DNA of 64,000 nt from a candidate division FCPU426 bacterium (GTDB lineage Bacteria > Oederibacteriota > Muellerivitia > Muellerivitales > Muellerivitaceae): assembly GCA_963796105.1 (NCBI GenBank), contig CAWCKJ010000003.1, positions 320,001-384,000 on the forward strand. The letters run 5' to 3'. The stretch's first letter is position 1; every line of letters starts with the position of its first letter. The notes below the pieces were generated by a model. The model saw nothing but the letters and a program-made list of their open reading frames with translations, did no database searches and was not told the origin of the DNA. Below are positions 18,009 through 29,300 of this stretch, one piece after another. The translations under genes and the position numbers were made by a program.

Positions 18009-18185
18009 CAATCGAAAGAAAATTCCCTGAGGGTATTGATTTCAAGACCCATTAACCCGAGGCTGTATGCGCGGCAAGCACCGAAAATGTCCTGTTTTCG
18101 GAAGTCTCCGGGGGCAAGGGAACCCCATCCAGGTCAAGCTTCCCAACAGCTTTTCACACATTCACTAAGATAAGGTCATTGAACA

Positions 18186-21100
18186 ATGGACCCACGGTTT
18201 TTAAAAGAAAAGGGAATTGAAACCTACACGGGAAACGAACTGATCGTAAAGGGCGGCATGGAAGCCGGCATGAACCTTTTGACCGGATATCCGGGATCGC
18301 CGGTGGCAGACGTCTTTGAGGCCGCGGCCGACGTTTCTCCCTACCTGAAAGAACACGGAATATTGGCCCAAATCGCCAATAACGAGGCTTTAAGCGCCGC
18401 CAGGCTCACCGGCGCCCAAATGGCGGGTTTACGGGCCATTACAGTGATGAAATCCGTGGGTTTCCACGTGGCGGCCGACGCTTTGGTCTCGGGAACCCTC
18501 ACGAAAACAGGCCACAAGGGGGCCGGGGTCATCGTCGTCGGGGACGACCCCTGGAGCGACACCACCCAGGTCCCAGTGGATTCCCGGCGCCTTTCCGACC
18601 ATCTCTTTATTCCCGTGCTGGAACCAGCCACCTTCCAGGAGATCAAGGATTGGATCAAAGTCGCTTTCGAGCTTTCTGAGGAAGCCGACCTTTTCATCTC
18701 GTACCTTCTCATCACCTACCTCGCCGAAGGCGGGGGGAGCGTGGAAGTCCATCCCAACCAGCCCCCCTCCGGTTTCAGCACCATAAATAAGGCCACGCTG
18801 GACAGCTCGACTTTCGACTTAACCCACTCCATCACGCTGCCCCCCCACACGGTTCGACTGGAAAAAGAAGCCCTGGAAATTAAATTTCCCCAACTGCTCA
18901 AATCGGCCCGCAAGAAAGAAATCAACCGGATCATTCCCGGAAAGGAAAAAGGCGGACTCGGTTTTGTATCAGCCGGGGCTTCCTACACTTACCTGGAGCA
19001 GGCTTTCGCCGAGTTCGGGATGAGCGGCAAGTTCCCGATCCTCAAACTGGGCCTCACTTACCCCGTGGACCCTGAAGCCGTCCAGGAATTCCTGAACACC
19101 TGCGGCACCCTGGTGGTGGTCGAGGAGAAACGTAAATTCATCGAGAGCCAGGTCCAAAACATCGTCCAGAATTTATGGCAGGCCGGAAAAATCAAAAAAA
19201 TGCCAAACGTCTGGGGCAAGACATTCCCGGAGGGTTTGGAAGGTTTCCCAGAGGACAAGGGATTACAACCAGGGGTCGTCATGCAAACCCTGGCCCCGCT
19301 CCTGGCCAAGTACAAGGTTTCTTCCCCAAAAGTCAAAAAAGAAATAGAGTTCATGAAAAGTTTGGAAACTTTCGAGATGACCGTTCCGGTCCGCACCCCG
19401 TCCTTCTGCCCGGGATGCCCGCACCGAGATTCAGCTTCTACCTTCCTGGACCTGGTGAGGGATTTCAAAGACCCCGAGTACATGAAAAAAACGCACAAAT
19501 TGGAACCCATCGACATTCTTTTCCATGGCGACGCTGGCTGTTACGTTCTTCTGTTCATGCCGCCCTACGGGGCCCTGATGCACAATTACATCGGGATGGG
19601 CCTCGGGGGAGGAACGGGAGCCGGCCTTTCTCCCTTCTCCACCAATAAGTCGGTCTGCTTCATCGGCGATTCCACATTCTTCCACTCAGGGTTGTCGTCT
19701 GTTTCCGACTCCATCAAGAATAACCAGGATGTCCTTTTCGTCATCCTGGACAACAAGACCACCGCCATGACGGGGCACCAGCCCCACCCTGGGATGGACT
19801 CGGACCTGATGGGAAACCCCACCTTCGCCCAAGATATCCAAAAAGCCCTGCTGGGCCTGACGAGGGGAAAGGACGTAAGCGTCGCACGCGTTAATCCTGA
19901 GAACCGCCATGATTACAGGGAACTGCTGGAAGAATTGATCCTGAAGCCGGGTCCCAAATTCATCATCGCCGACAAGGAATGCGGCATCACCTTCCACCGA
20001 CGGTTCCGCCATACCATGAGCAAGGAAAGCGCGAAGCTGGGCTACCACCCGAGGCAAACCCGGATCAATATCAACGACCACACCTGTGAATACTGCCTGG
20101 AATGCACCAATTCCACCGGGTGCCCGGGCCTGGCCATTGAGGAATCACTATACGGCCCCAAAATGTCCACGGACCTGTCCTATTGCGTCTCGGACATGGC
20201 CTGCACGAGGGTCAAGGTTTGCCCCTCCTTTGAGGAATTGACTATTCTGCGCAACCACAAAAGCTCCTCCGCGATCCTGCCTGATCCGGCCCAAATTCCT
20301 GAGCCGAAACCCCTCGTGGTTAAAGAAGATTGGCGCGGTTACCTAGCTGGCGTCGGGGGAATGGGGATCGGCAGCTCCACGGGAGTACTCGTGCGGGCGG
20401 CCTTGAAGCACGGCTACCATGTGACTTTCTGCGATAAAAAAGGGTTGGCCATACGCAATGGAGGGGTCTATTCCCAGATTACCTTCTCAACCCGAAAGAA
20501 AGTGGTGTCACCGCTTCTCCCTTACGGCAAGGCCGATCTGCTTTTAGGCATGGACATCCTGGAGGCGGCGCGGGGATTGGATCCGCGTTTTACCTTCCGG
20601 GTGGGCTCCCCCGAAAGAACCCATTCGGTGGTGAACACACACAAGACCCATACCATCCTGAGCCTGATGGGAAAGGAAGATTTTTCCCCGGCCGTCCTTT
20701 CAAAGATTTTCCAAAAATACACGCTGGATTATTTTGGAGCCGACCTCAGCGACATCGCCGAGCATTACCTCGGCAATAAGGTATTCGTGAATATCATCCT
20801 CCTGGGGGTGGCCTTCCAGAAAGGACACCTGCCCTTGAATTTGAAGGAAATGACCGACGCCATTAAGGAAAGCTTCGCGCCCCGAGCCGCCGACTACAAT
20901 ATCCGCGCCTTCCACCTCGGCAGGGACGTAGTGGTCCATCCGGAACGTTATAACGCCGAAGTCCGGCTGGGTTTGCGGGAAACAATCGAGAAAAAAGCCG
21001 TGTACCTGAAAGGGGGCCGAGCGAAGGCTTACAAGGAACAATGTGAAATATTCCTAAACGCTTGGGATGGGGACGAGGAAACAAAAGTCCAGTTCGCCAT

Positions 21101-21740
21101 CCGCCTATACGATCTTTTTCAGTTCGAGAACGCCTCTTACGCCGAAACCTACCTGAACCGGGTTTTAAACGTCTTAAAAAAAGACTCCAAGGCCGAGGGA
21201 TTCGCCGCGACACAAGCCGTCGTCAAGTACCTTCACAAGACGATGGAAATCAAGGATGAGGTTTATGTGGCGCACCTGCTGACCAGCCCTGAAAAATACG
21301 AGAAGGACGCCAGGCGCTACAAGGTGGACTTGGCGGGCGGGGACCGGATCCAGTACAAGCATTTCAACCGGCCCCATTTCGACATCCTGGGCACCGCCAT
21401 TGAGTTCGATATCGATACCAAAGATTGGATGCTCAGGATCATGAAACGCATGAAATTCCTGAGGCGCCTCCTGCCCGCCTGGCACAAACATGAAAAAGCC
21501 TTCAGGCAATGGTATTGCGAATTAGTGGATAGGTTCGAGTTTAAAAACAGCGAGGAGTATAGCCGCTGGGTTCGGGCCCTTTCAGTTCCCGAGGAAGTCA
21601 GGGGTTACACCCAAATCCGCTACCCCAAAATGGAAGCCGCGAAATTGAAAGCGGGCCGGATTCTATCGGGAGATGAACTACCGGCCGGTCCAGCCCCTTC
21701 CGCCCTCGCCCGCAAGGCCAAGAAAGCTGTGACTGTTTAA
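18186..21740 (+). CDS. Indolepyruvate ferredoxin oxidoreductase family, fused alpha-beta single chain
   Basis: GYPGSP, FCPGCPH, GDSTFFHSG, NKTTAMTGHQ, ferredoxin cysteines, gamma-like GVGGMG, C-terminal KDEVYVA...PEEVRGY. Confidence 0.9.
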   Translation: MDPRFLKEKGIETYTGNELIVKGGMEAGMNLLTGYPGSPVADVFEAAADVSPYLKEHGILAQIANNEALSAARLTGAQMAGLRAITVMKSVGFHVAADALVSGTLTKTGHKGAGVIVVGDDPWSDTTQVPVDSRRLSDHLFIPVLEPATFQEIKDWIKVAFELSEEADLFISYLLITYLAEGGGSVEVHPNQPPSGFSTINKATLDSSTFDLTHSITLPPHTVRLEKEALEIKFPQLLKSARKKEINRIIPGKEKGGLGFVSAGASYTYLEQAFAEFGMSGKFPILKLGLTYPVDPEAVQEFLNTCGTLVVVEEKRKFIESQVQNIVQNLWQAGKIKKMPNVWGKTFPEGLEGFPEDKGLQPGVVMQTLAPLLAKYKVSSPKVKKEIEFMKSLETFEMTVPVRTPSFCPGCPHRDSASTFLDLVRDFKDPEYMKKTHKLEPIDILFHGDAGCYVLLFMPPYGALMHNYIGMGLGGGTGAGLSPFSTNKSVCFIGDSTFFHSGLSSVSDSIKNNQDVLFVILDNKTTAMTGHQPHPGMDSDLMGNPTFAQDIQKALLGLTRGKDVSVARVNPENRHDYRELLEELILKPGPKFIIADKECGITFHRRFRHTMSKESAKLGYHPRQTRININDHTCEYCLECTNSTGCPGLAIEESLYGPKMSTDLSYCVSDMACTRVKVCPSFEELTILRNHKSSSAILPDPAQIPEPKPLVVKEDWRGYLAGVGGMGIGSSTGVLVRAALKHGYHVTFCDKKGLAIRNGGVYSQITFSTRKKVVSPLLPYGKADLLLGMDILEAARGLDPRFTFRVGSPERTHSVVNTHKTHTILSLMGKEDFSPAVLSKIFQKYTLDYFGADLSDIAEHYLGNKVFVNIILLGVAFQKGHLPLNLKEMTDAIKESFAPRAADYNIRAFHLGRDVVVHPERYNAEVRLGLRETIEKKAVYLKGGRAKAYKEQCEIFLNAWDGDEETKVQFAIRLYDLFQFENASYAETYLNRVLNVLKKDSKAEGFAATQAVVKYLHKTMEIKDEVYVAHLLTSPEKYEKDARRYKVDLAGGDRIQYKHFNRPHFDILGTAIEFDIDTKDWMLRIMKRMKFLRRLLPAWHKHEKAFRQWYCELVDRFEFKNSEEYSRWVRALSVPEEVRGYTQIRYPKMEAAKLKAGRILSGDELPAGPAPSALARKAKKAVTV

Positions 21741-21837
21741 TCATTCCAACAAACAGGAAACATCGCGGGCGGCAAATCCCGTCATTTGATTCAGGTTCAT
21801 CGTTGCTTATCCACTTTCCCAGGATTAAATTGTTCCC

Positions 21838-23553
21838 ATGCTGAGCCAGCTTTCCATTAAAAATTTCGCCATTGTGGATTCCATCACCCTGGAATTCGGG
21901 CCGGGATTCAACGTGATGACCGGCGAGACCGGCGCGGGGAAATCCATTATCGTGGACGCCTTGTATTTCCTTTTAGGCGACCGCATTTCCAACGACATGC
22001 TCCGGGCAGGCCAGGAAAAGGCGACTGTGGAAGCCCTATTCCAGGTATCCGGAAAAAGCCCCGCCCATTCAAAGCTAATGGAATGGGGGATCGAGGCTAA
22101 AGGCCATGAAATCCTGATGAAGAGGGAATATACCCTTTCCGCCGGAAAAACCCGGAGTTTCATCAACGGGGCCATGGCCACAACCGCCATGGTAGATGAA
22201 TTGGGTGAATTTCTCGTGGATATCCACGGCCAGCACGAACATCAGGCCATTTTCAAAGTGGGCAAGCACCGGCAACTTATCGATTCCTTCGGCCGAACGG
22301 CGCCGCTCTTGGAAAAAACCGCCCAGGCCTACCAAACCCTTTCGAAGCTGTTGGCGGAACAATCGAACCTGGGGGGTGATGCCAGGGAAATAGCCCGCCG
22401 GACCGACTTGCTTCAGTTCCAGGCGCAGGAACTTCAAGCCGCCAGCTTGGAGAACCTGAATGAGGAAGAACTACTGAATCAATTCCAGTTGATGCGTCAC
22501 GCGGAAAAAATCACCACCCAGGTGACCGAGGCCCAACGCCTCTTGGATGAGGAAGGGAACGGCGGTGTGACGGGCATGTTCGGCACCGTGGTCGCGCGCC
22601 TACAAGACAGCGCCCGCTTGGACCCCAGTCTGGAAAACATGGTGTTTAGCGTCAAAAACCTGCAGGAAAACTTGAACCAGCTTTCCTTTGACATCGCCCG
22701 GAAACTGGAAGGCTATTCTTTCAGCGACAAGGAGTACCAGGACCTCTCGGACCGAATCGACGGTTTGAATCACTTGAAGAAAAAATACGGGGATTCGTTG
22801 GTTGAAATCAAAAATTACCTGAAAAAGATCAAGGAAGAACTGCAAAAAATTCTTGGCCGGGAAGATCTCTTGAAATCCTTGGGGCTCCAAATCGAAAAAT
22901 CGGCGGAACAGTACCGACAATCGGCTTTAGAGTTAAGCGAAAAACGCCAACAAGCGGGACATGAACTGGCCAAGCAGGTCCAGGATACCTTGAGGGAACT
23001 GGGGTTGCCCCACGCTAAGTTGGGCGTGGACTTAACACCCCAGGAAGATCAAGGAAGTCCCGTATTAGAAAACAACCGAAGATTGGCCTTGTCGCCAACA
23101 GGTTGGGACAAGGTGGAATTCACCTTTACCGCCAACCCCGGGGAACCCGAAAAACCGCTAGCCAAAGTGGCCTCGGGCGGGGAAGCCTCCCGGGTCATGT
23201 TGGCCTTAAAAGCCGTGCTGTCAGAAAGCGACGAAGTGGCCACCTTGATATTCGACGAGATTGATACGGGCGTGGGAGCCAGGACGGCTTCCACCGTCGC
23301 AGAACTGCTTTCGGGTCTCGCGAAAAACAAACAACTATTATGCATTTCCCATCTTGCCCCTATAGCCGCGGTGGGCGACTACCACTTTCAGGTCGAAAAA
23401 ACATTTTTAAAGGGCAAAACAGCCATTTCCGTCAACCGTTTAACAGGGAATAACCGCCTGGAAGAATTGGCCAAAATGCTGGCAGGGGAGCCAGTTTCCG
23501 AAACTTCACTTACACACGCGATGGAATTATATGATAAAATGCGCGCGCTTTAG
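21838..23553 (+). CDS. recN: DNA repair protein RecN
   Basis: TGETGAGKS, IHGQHE, ASGGE, FDEIDTG. Confidence 0.97.
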   Translation: MLSQLSIKNFAIVDSITLEFGPGFNVMTGETGAGKSIIVDALYFLLGDRISNDMLRAGQEKATVEALFQVSGKSPAHSKLMEWGIEAKGHEILMKREYTLSAGKTRSFINGAMATTAMVDELGEFLVDIHGQHEHQAIFKVGKHRQLIDSFGRTAPLLEKTAQAYQTLSKLLAEQSNLGGDAREIARRTDLLQFQAQELQAASLENLNEEELLNQFQLMRHAEKITTQVTEAQRLLDEEGNGGVTGMFGTVVARLQDSARLDPSLENMVFSVKNLQENLNQLSFDIARKLEGYSFSDKEYQDLSDRIDGLNHLKKKYGDSLVEIKNYLKKIKEELQKILGREDLLKSLGLQIEKSAEQYRQSALELSEKRQQAGHELAKQVQDTLRELGLPHAKLGVDLTPQEDQGSPVLENNRRLALSPTGWDKVEFTFTANPGEPEKPLAKVASGGEASRVMLALKAVLSESDEVATLIFDEIDTGVGARTASTVAELLSGLAKNKQLLCISHLAPIAAVGDYHFQVEKTFLKGKTAISVNRLTGNNRLEELAKMLAGEPVSETSLTHAMELYDKMRAL

Positions 23554-23616
23554 TAAAAGCGTCACGGCAAATAACTGTCCGTGAAAGAGCAGTAAAAAAA
23601 ACCCTGGAGGATTTAC

Positions 23617-24444
23617 ATGAAGCTTTTCACCCGGTTGATGGTTGGAGGTTTAGCCCTCGCTTTGGTCTTGAGTCTCGGGGCCGGAACCGCGAACGCTGCT
23701 GCAAAGAAGAAAAAAAAAGCCGTTAAAGTAGAAACGAAAACTGTACGGAAAGCCAAAAAAGAATACATTTCCGGAACCAACTTGGAAGGCCGTGCCGGAT
23801 TGTTTTACGCGGATACCTCAGAAGTGGCTGCCAAGAATACAGTGGAAGGCTCAGTTCACTTCACTTACAGCTCGCCTGGTCCAAGCGTCGATCAAATTAT
23901 GATCCCGGTTGGTGCTCATTTCGGAGTTGACAATAACTTCGAACTTTCCGCTTGCGTTAAACCTTGGATTATTTCAGAGCCTAGTGTCACGATCGGCTCA
24001 ATTACTATTGGTGGTTCTTCCACAAATTTTCTTTTGGATGTCGGTGGAAAATATAAAATCGCCTCCGAGAACAGGGAAACCCCTGATTTTGCGGTGGGTG
24101 GGGTTATATACATTCCCACTTGGTCCGGCGGCAATGTGGTTGTGATGCCGGAAGGCACCTGTTCTTACGTATTGGATAACGGTCTCCTCTTGAATGGCGA
24201 TGTGGGAATTGGGATTGGCAATACCTCGTACGTTAAGCTCGATGGCGGTGTCGGTTTCCCAGTCAGCCCGAAAGTCACGCTGATCGGCGAAATCGGGGCA
24301 AACCAAGACGGTTATATGGGTTCCGTGTTTGCGGCTGGTGCAAGGTTCGCCTTGCAGGATGTCAAGCTCCAGGCGCTTATCGGAGCTCCATTGAATGGCG
24401 GAGACGTCTTGATTGGAGCTGGCCTCATCCTGGCTTCCAAGTAA
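23617..24444 (+). CDS. Secreted protein, possibly an outer-membrane beta-barrel
   Basis: GGAGG RBS, signal peptide, Lys-rich segment, Gly-rich alternating beta-strand patterns. Confidence 0.55.
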   Translation: MKLFTRLMVGGLALALVLSLGAGTANAAAKKKKKAVKVETKTVRKAKKEYISGTNLEGRAGLFYADTSEVAAKNTVEGSVHFTYSSPGPSVDQIMIPVGAHFGVDNNFELSACVKPWIISEPSVTIGSITIGGSSTNFLLDVGGKYKIASENRETPDFAVGGVIYIPTWSGGNVVVMPEGTCSYVLDNGLLLNGDVGIGIGNTSYVKLDGGVGFPVSPKVTLIGEIGANQDGYMGSVFAAGARFALQDVKLQALIGAPLNGGDVLIGAGLILASK

Positions 24445-24455
24445 TTTTTATCTGG

Positions 24456-24491
24456 AAAAGCTGGTTTCCTTTCGAGGAAGCCAGCTTTTTT
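24456..24491 (+). terminator. Intrinsic terminator
   Basis: AAAAGCTGGTTTCCT-TTCG-AGGAAGCCAGCTTTT followed by further T residues. Confidence 0.85.
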
Positions 24492-24596
24492 GTTTTATAG
24501 CCATTTAAGAATGGCTTCTTTTCCGGTTCCTTGTGAACCCAGATCAATTTTCCTATAATCCAGAGACTTGAATAATCCTGCTTTTGAATTCCAAAT

Positions 24597-25349
24597 TTGG
24601 AGGAAGGTTTTTTGACTGTTTCAACCTCTACCCACCCGCAAACCCGCAAACCCGCCGCTCGGCCGACCCTCTGGCGCCAGCTTGCCAGTTTATTTGTGGA
24701 CTTACTCATCAGCGCCTTTATCGCCTGGGTGGTTTGTTTTACCTTCGGCTTGCAGAACTATTGGTCCTCCCTGGCGATTCTTCTTTGGGTGGGCGAGGTT
24801 TTTTGGTGCAGGGACCGGTTAAAACCCACAGCGGGGGAGTACTTCCTGGGTATCCGGTATTTGACTTCCTCTTCCAGCCAAGTGGTCGCCGACATCAAAA
24901 TCATTCACCCCAAATTGCTATTAAACGGTTTTCTCCTATTCGCCGGGGTATTTGAAATCACCCTATCCATTCTTTTCTTTAGCGGATGGACATTCCTCGG
25001 CAAGGCCGTTCTTGGCGGAATCATTATCAGTCCTCCAATGTCCCTGCTTTATTGGGCTGTTTATGGACTTGGCCTATTCGCCTGCGGAACTTCTTTTTTA
25101 AGCGGTTCCAAAAACATATTTTGGGTTTTGCCTGTAATCCATTGCTGGCTTCTGGTTGATTTTCATTTGAGTTGCGATGTTTGGCCTGGAATCTTTAAGA
25201 CTGAAATGATTCTTTCTCCTGGTACCGCCGTGTTTTTTTACGATTTCATCAGTAAAACCCAGCATTACAGTTTTCTTTTGGTGTTCTTAGTCTGGACCGC
25301 TTTTTTAGCCGTGGTTCTTTTCTTTTCCAGAAAGCAAATGGTTAATTAA
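24597..25349 (+). CDS. Integral membrane protein, RDD-like N-terminus
   Basis: 'TLWRQLASLFVDLL' and 'TAGEYFLGIR'; several hydrophobic helices. Confidence 0.55.
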   Translation: MEEGFLTVSTSTHPQTRKPAARPTLWRQLASLFVDLLISAFIAWVVCFTFGLQNYWSSLAILLWVGEVFWCRDRLKPTAGEYFLGIRYLTSSSSQVVADIKIIHPKLLLNGFLLFAGVFEITLSILFFSGWTFLGKAVLGGIIISPPMSLLYWAVYGLGLFACGTSFLSGSKNIFWVLPVIHCWLLVDFHLSCDVWPGIFKTEMILSPGTAVFFYDFISKTQHYSFLLVFLVWTAFLAVVLFFSRKQMVN

Positions 25350-25384
25350 CGCCAACAATTGGACTTTCCAGCTGAAACCCATAG

Positions 25385-25413
25385 CTGACAGGCGTTTCCA
25401 GCATGCGTATAAT
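25385..25413 (+). promoter_or_regulatory. Sigma70-type promoter of leuS
   Basis: CTGACA-N17-TATAAT. Confidence 0.6.
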
Positions 25414-25447
25414 TCAAACCCCGGGATGGAAATTTTGAAAGGCTTCG

Positions 25448-27958
25448 ATGGAAACTTATAATTTCGCTGAAATTGAACAGAGATGGAAAAAGGCCTGGAA
25501 GGAAAAAGGCGTTTTTTCCTGCGATCTTTCCAAAAAAGAAAAGAAATACTACACCCTCGTCATGTTCCCCTATCCTTCGGGTGATTTCCTCCACGCCGGG
25601 CATGGCCGCAATTACATCATCGGAGACGCCGTTTACCGCTATTTCAGGGCCTTGGGTTTCAACACCCTGAATCCGATGGGTTTTGACGCCTTTGGTCTTC
25701 CCGCCGAAAACACGGCCATTCAAAAGGGAATCCATCCCGAGGATTGGACCTTGGGTAACATTGAGCGGATGAAAGGGCAGTTTTACGATTGGGGTATGGG
25801 TTATGACTGGGATAAAGAGGTCGTCTCCTGCCTACCCGAATATTACCGTTGGACCCAGTGGATCTTCCTGAAACTTTACGAGAAAGGTCTGGCCTACCGG
25901 AAAAAAGCCTATGTGAACTGGTGCCCCTCCTGCCTGACGGTCCTAGCCAACGAGCAAGTGGTAGAGCAAAAATGCGAAAGATGCGACTCACCAGTGGAGC
26001 AAAAGGACCTGGAACAGTGGTTCTTCAAGATCACCGATTACGCCGAGAGGCTTTTGAGGGATATCGACCACCTGGAGGATTGGCCGGAGCGGGTCAAAAG
26101 CATGCAAAAAAACTGGATCGGACGCAGCGAGGGGGCCGAAGTCCGTTTCAAGATCGAGGGGAAGAACGAAACCATCACCGTATTCACGACCCGTCCGGAC
26201 ACGCTGTTCGGGGCCACCTACATGGTCTTGGCCCCGGAACACCCCTTGGTGCCGACATTGGTCAAGGGAACCGTTCAGGAACAGGAAGTAAAGGCATTTA
26301 GCGATAAAGTTAAAAGGCAAAGCTCACTGGACCGCATCGGCGAGAACGCCGAGAAAATCGGGTTGGACACGGCCGTGAAAGCCGTCAACCCCGTGAACGG
26401 GAAATCCATTCCCATTTATATCGCCAATTACGTCCTCATGGACTATGGAACCGGCGCCATCATGGCTGTTCCGGCCCACGATACCCGGGATTTTGAGTTC
26501 GCGAAAAAATACAACATTCCCATCGTTCAGGTCATCCTGGACCCGGAAGAAGATCTCAAGAAATCCCGGGCCGCTTCCGAGGGCAAGGTCCATGACCCCA
26601 TGGCCCAGGCCTATACTGGTGACGGCGTTCACATTCATTCCGGTTTCCTAGACCAATTAAACCTCCAGGATTCCATCACCCGGATGAACCAGTGGCTCGC
26701 GGAAAACAATTGCGGAAAAGCCGCCGTGACTTTCCGCCTTCGGGACTGGCTTATCTCCCGCCAAAGGTACTGGGGCGCCCCCATCCCCATGATTCAATGC
26801 GCGAAATGCGGTTGGGTTCCCGTTCCCGAGAAGGATCTTCCAGTGAGGCTGCCTCGAAACGTGAAATTCAAGCCAACCGGGGAATCACCCTTGAAGTATG
26901 TTCCCGAGTTCGTAAAAACTCCTTGTCCGCGCTGCGGCCAAGACGCCCGCCGGGAAACCGACACCATGGACACTTTCGTGGATTCCAGCTGGTATTACCT
27001 GCGTTATGTATCGGCTAAAAATAGCCAAAAGGCTTTCGAATCCGACTCCGTCAATGACTGGCTTCCCGTGGACCAATATATAGGGGGAGTCGAACACGCT
27101 ATTCTTCACCTTCTTTATTCCCGCTTCATTACCAAAGTCCTGAAGGACCTGGGCTACGTGAAATTCGACGAGCCGTTTAAGCGGTTGTTTACCCAGGGGA
27201 TGATCACCAAGGGCGGTGTGAAAATGTCCAAAAGCAAGGGTAATTCCGTCCAACCCGACCAGTTGATACAAAAATTCGGCTCCGACACTTTCCGTCTTTA
27301 CACTCTTTTTATTGGCCCCCCGGAAAGGGATGTCGAATGGGATGACCGCGCGGTGGAGGGGGCGTTCAGGTTTTTGAATCGGGTTTGGAGGTTTTACCAG
27401 GAATTCTTGTCTCGCCCGAATGCCTTGACCGCCGAATCCCCAGAGGCGGTGACGGAAATGGACTGGACGGTCCGCAGGAAAATCCACCAAACGATCCAAA
27501 AAGTGACCCAGGACATGACCGGGGGTTTCAAGTTCAACACTGCGGTTTCAGCCATGATGGAATTGGTCAACCTCCTTTATGAATACAGGGAAAAACCCGA
27601 GTCGAAAGTACCCATCCTGCGGGAAGCTCTCCTGGCTCTCGTACGGCTCATGGGCCCCTTCACTCCCCACATTGCCGAGGAAATGTGGAATCATTTGGGG
27701 TACGGGAAATACCTGTTGGATTCTGGCTGGCCCCAATACGAACCCTCCCTTCTAATCGCCGAGAAGGTGGAAATCGCTGTTCAAGTGAATGGAAAGGTGC
27801 GAACCCGGATGACCGTTGCCGTGGGACTGGATGAGTCTGCTATTCTGGATATCTCAAAAAAAGATGAGAAAATCGCCAAACTGTTCGATCCGGGCCAAAT
27901 TCAAAAAATGATTTGGGTGAAGGACAAGCTGGTTAATTTCATCGTGCGTCAAAACTAA
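25448..27958 (+). CDS. leuS: Leucine--tRNA ligase
   Basis: [30 protein letters not shown]. Confidence 0.98.
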   Translation: METYNFAEIEQRWKKAWKEKGVFSCDLSKKEKKYYTLVMFPYPSGDFLHAGHGRNYIIGDAVYRYFRALGFNTLNPMGFDAFGLPAENTAIQKGIHPEDWTLGNIERMKGQFYDWGMGYDWDKEVVSCLPEYYRWTQWIFLKLYEKGLAYRKKAYVNWCPSCLTVLANEQVVEQKCERCDSPVEQKDLEQWFFKITDYAERLLRDIDHLEDWPERVKSMQKNWIGRSEGAEVRFKIEGKNETITVFTTRPDTLFGATYMVLAPEHPLVPTLVKGTVQEQEVKAFSDKVKRQSSLDRIGENAEKIGLDTAVKAVNPVNGKSIPIYIANYVLMDYGTGAIMAVPAHDTRDFEFAKKYNIPIVQVILDPEEDLKKSRAASEGKVHDPMAQAYTGDGVHIHSGFLDQLNLQDSITRMNQWLAENNCGKAAVTFRLRDWLISRQRYWGAPIPMIQCAKCGWVPVPEKDLPVRLPRNVKFKPTGESPLKYVPEFVKTPCPRCGQDARRETDTMDTFVDSSWYYLRYVSAKNSQKAFESDSVNDWLPVDQYIGGVEHAILHLLYSRFITKVLKDLGYVKFDEPFKRLFTQGMITKGGVKMSKSKGNSVQPDQLIQKFGSDTFRLYTLFIGPPERDVEWDDRAVEGAFRFLNRVWRFYQEFLSRPNALTAESPEAVTEMDWTVRRKIHQTIQKVTQDMTGGFKFNTAVSAMMELVNLLYEYREKPESKVPILREALLALVRLMGPFTPHIAEEMWNHLGYGKYLLDSGWPQYEPSLLIAEKVEIAVQVNGKVRTRMTVAVGLDESAILDISKKDEKIAKLFDPGQIQKMIWVKDKLVNFIVRQN

Positions 27959-27989
27959 CAAGGACTTTTGAACCGGAGGGGCAAAGCCG

Positions 27990-28517
27990 ATGAGAACAAG
28001 ATACCTCAAGCGGGTTTCCCATATTGCTTTTCTTTGCCTATTGGCCTTTTCCACGATGCCAGGCTGCAGGCCGGCCGTTTTGATCGTACCGTCCTACGTC
28101 AAAACCGTCGGAGTGGACCCAGTTGACAACCGCACAAGCGAGTATGGCCTGGACACGGATTTAACCGCGGCGCTGATCCGCAATTTTCAATATGACGGCC
28201 GGTTGGGAATAGAGAACGCCGACAAGGCCGACCTGAGGGTGAAGGTCACGATCCGGCAATATATCGAGCAGCCCATCTATTTCGATCCCAAAACCAATGT
28301 GGTTCTCCAATATCAGATCTCAGTGATCTATGACTTGTCCGCGCTGGACACGCAGGAAAACAAGACCTTCATGGAGGATGCCCAAAAGAACCACAGTATT
28401 GTTTATTACACCCCTAATTACCCAGGGGCGGTCCCTGAGACCAAGCCCCAGGCCGTCGCCCGCCTGGAGGACGAACTGGCGAGATTGATCGTGAGAAGAG
28501 TTTTGGAAGGTTATTAA
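27990..28517 (+). CDS. lptE: LPS assembly lipoprotein LptE-like
   Basis: Lipobox-like MPGC; leuS-lptE-holA synteny. Confidence 0.75.
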   Translation: MRTRYLKRVSHIAFLCLLAFSTMPGCRPAVLIVPSYVKTVGVDPVDNRTSEYGLDTDLTAALIRNFQYDGRLGIENADKADLRVKVTIRQYIEQPIYFDPKTNVVLQYQISVIYDLSALDTQENKTFMEDAQKNHSIVYYTPNYPGAVPETKPQAVARLEDELARLIVRRVLEGY

Positions 28518-28557
28518 TCCATTTTTAATTTAAAATTCAATTGTTGAAGGGGAAATC

Positions 28558-29268
28558 ATGAATCGAAAATGTTGCCTCGGAATCTTCTTTTTCTTGCTTT
28601 TGACCCTGCCGTTCACTCCTGTCTCTGCCGACCTGGAATGGATCACCGGCGGAGTCCCTAAAACCAGCTCCGATAAGCCAGGCGGCGCGGTTATCCCTGA
28701 CGCTCCCGGGGTCGAGAATCACCCGACCCCCACCAGCAATCAAAACGTCATTGTCAGCCATCTGATCACCTGCACGAACATCAACAACCACTACCCATCC
28801 GACAGCGTCAATTACTTTTTCGTCAACAAGAACCACCAGATTTGTTTTTACGCTTACTTCCTCATGAAACCCTCTAGCCGGATCCACTCCGCGGTCGCCG
28901 AATGCTTCGCCCCCGACAATCTTTCGATCGCGCGCTATGAGCGTGAATATCAAGTGGGTTTCACCGACCAGCTCTTGACGATCCAAAACGAGACCTACCA
29001 GTTTTTCATTTTGGAAATGAACCTGGGCATGGAAAAAATGAGGACTGAATTCGGGCAGACGGGCCTCCCTCGGGACCCGGGACTCTACACGGTCCACTTG
29101 AGCGTGGATGGGGAACTGGTTGGAATCACTTTTTTCTACGTCAGGCCGGAGGAATGGAAAACCACACCGGTCCCGACTGTGGCGCCGGTTTCACCCAAGT
29201 CCGGAGGCAATCTTCTCCCGATGAGCACCCCTTTCTCCAATATGCCTATTCCAAAAGGCCTTCAATGA
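28558..29268 (+). CDS. Hypothetical secreted protein
   Basis: Signal peptide, beta-rich core ending 'PGLYTVHLSVDGELVG', Pro/Thr tail. Confidence 0.7.
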   Translation: MNRKCCLGIFFFLLLTLPFTPVSADLEWITGGVPKTSSDKPGGAVIPDAPGVENHPTPTSNQNVIVSHLITCTNINNHYPSDSVNYFFVNKNHQICFYAYFLMKPSSRIHSAVAECFAPDNLSIARYEREYQVGFTDQLLTIQNETYQFFILEMNLGMEKMRTEFGQTGLPRDPGLYTVHLSVDGELVGITFFYVRPEEWKTTPVPTVAPVSPKSGGNLLPMSTPFSNMPIPKGLQ

Positions 29269-29300
29269 TCTTTCCCCCAATTATCAGACGGGAGTTTTAA

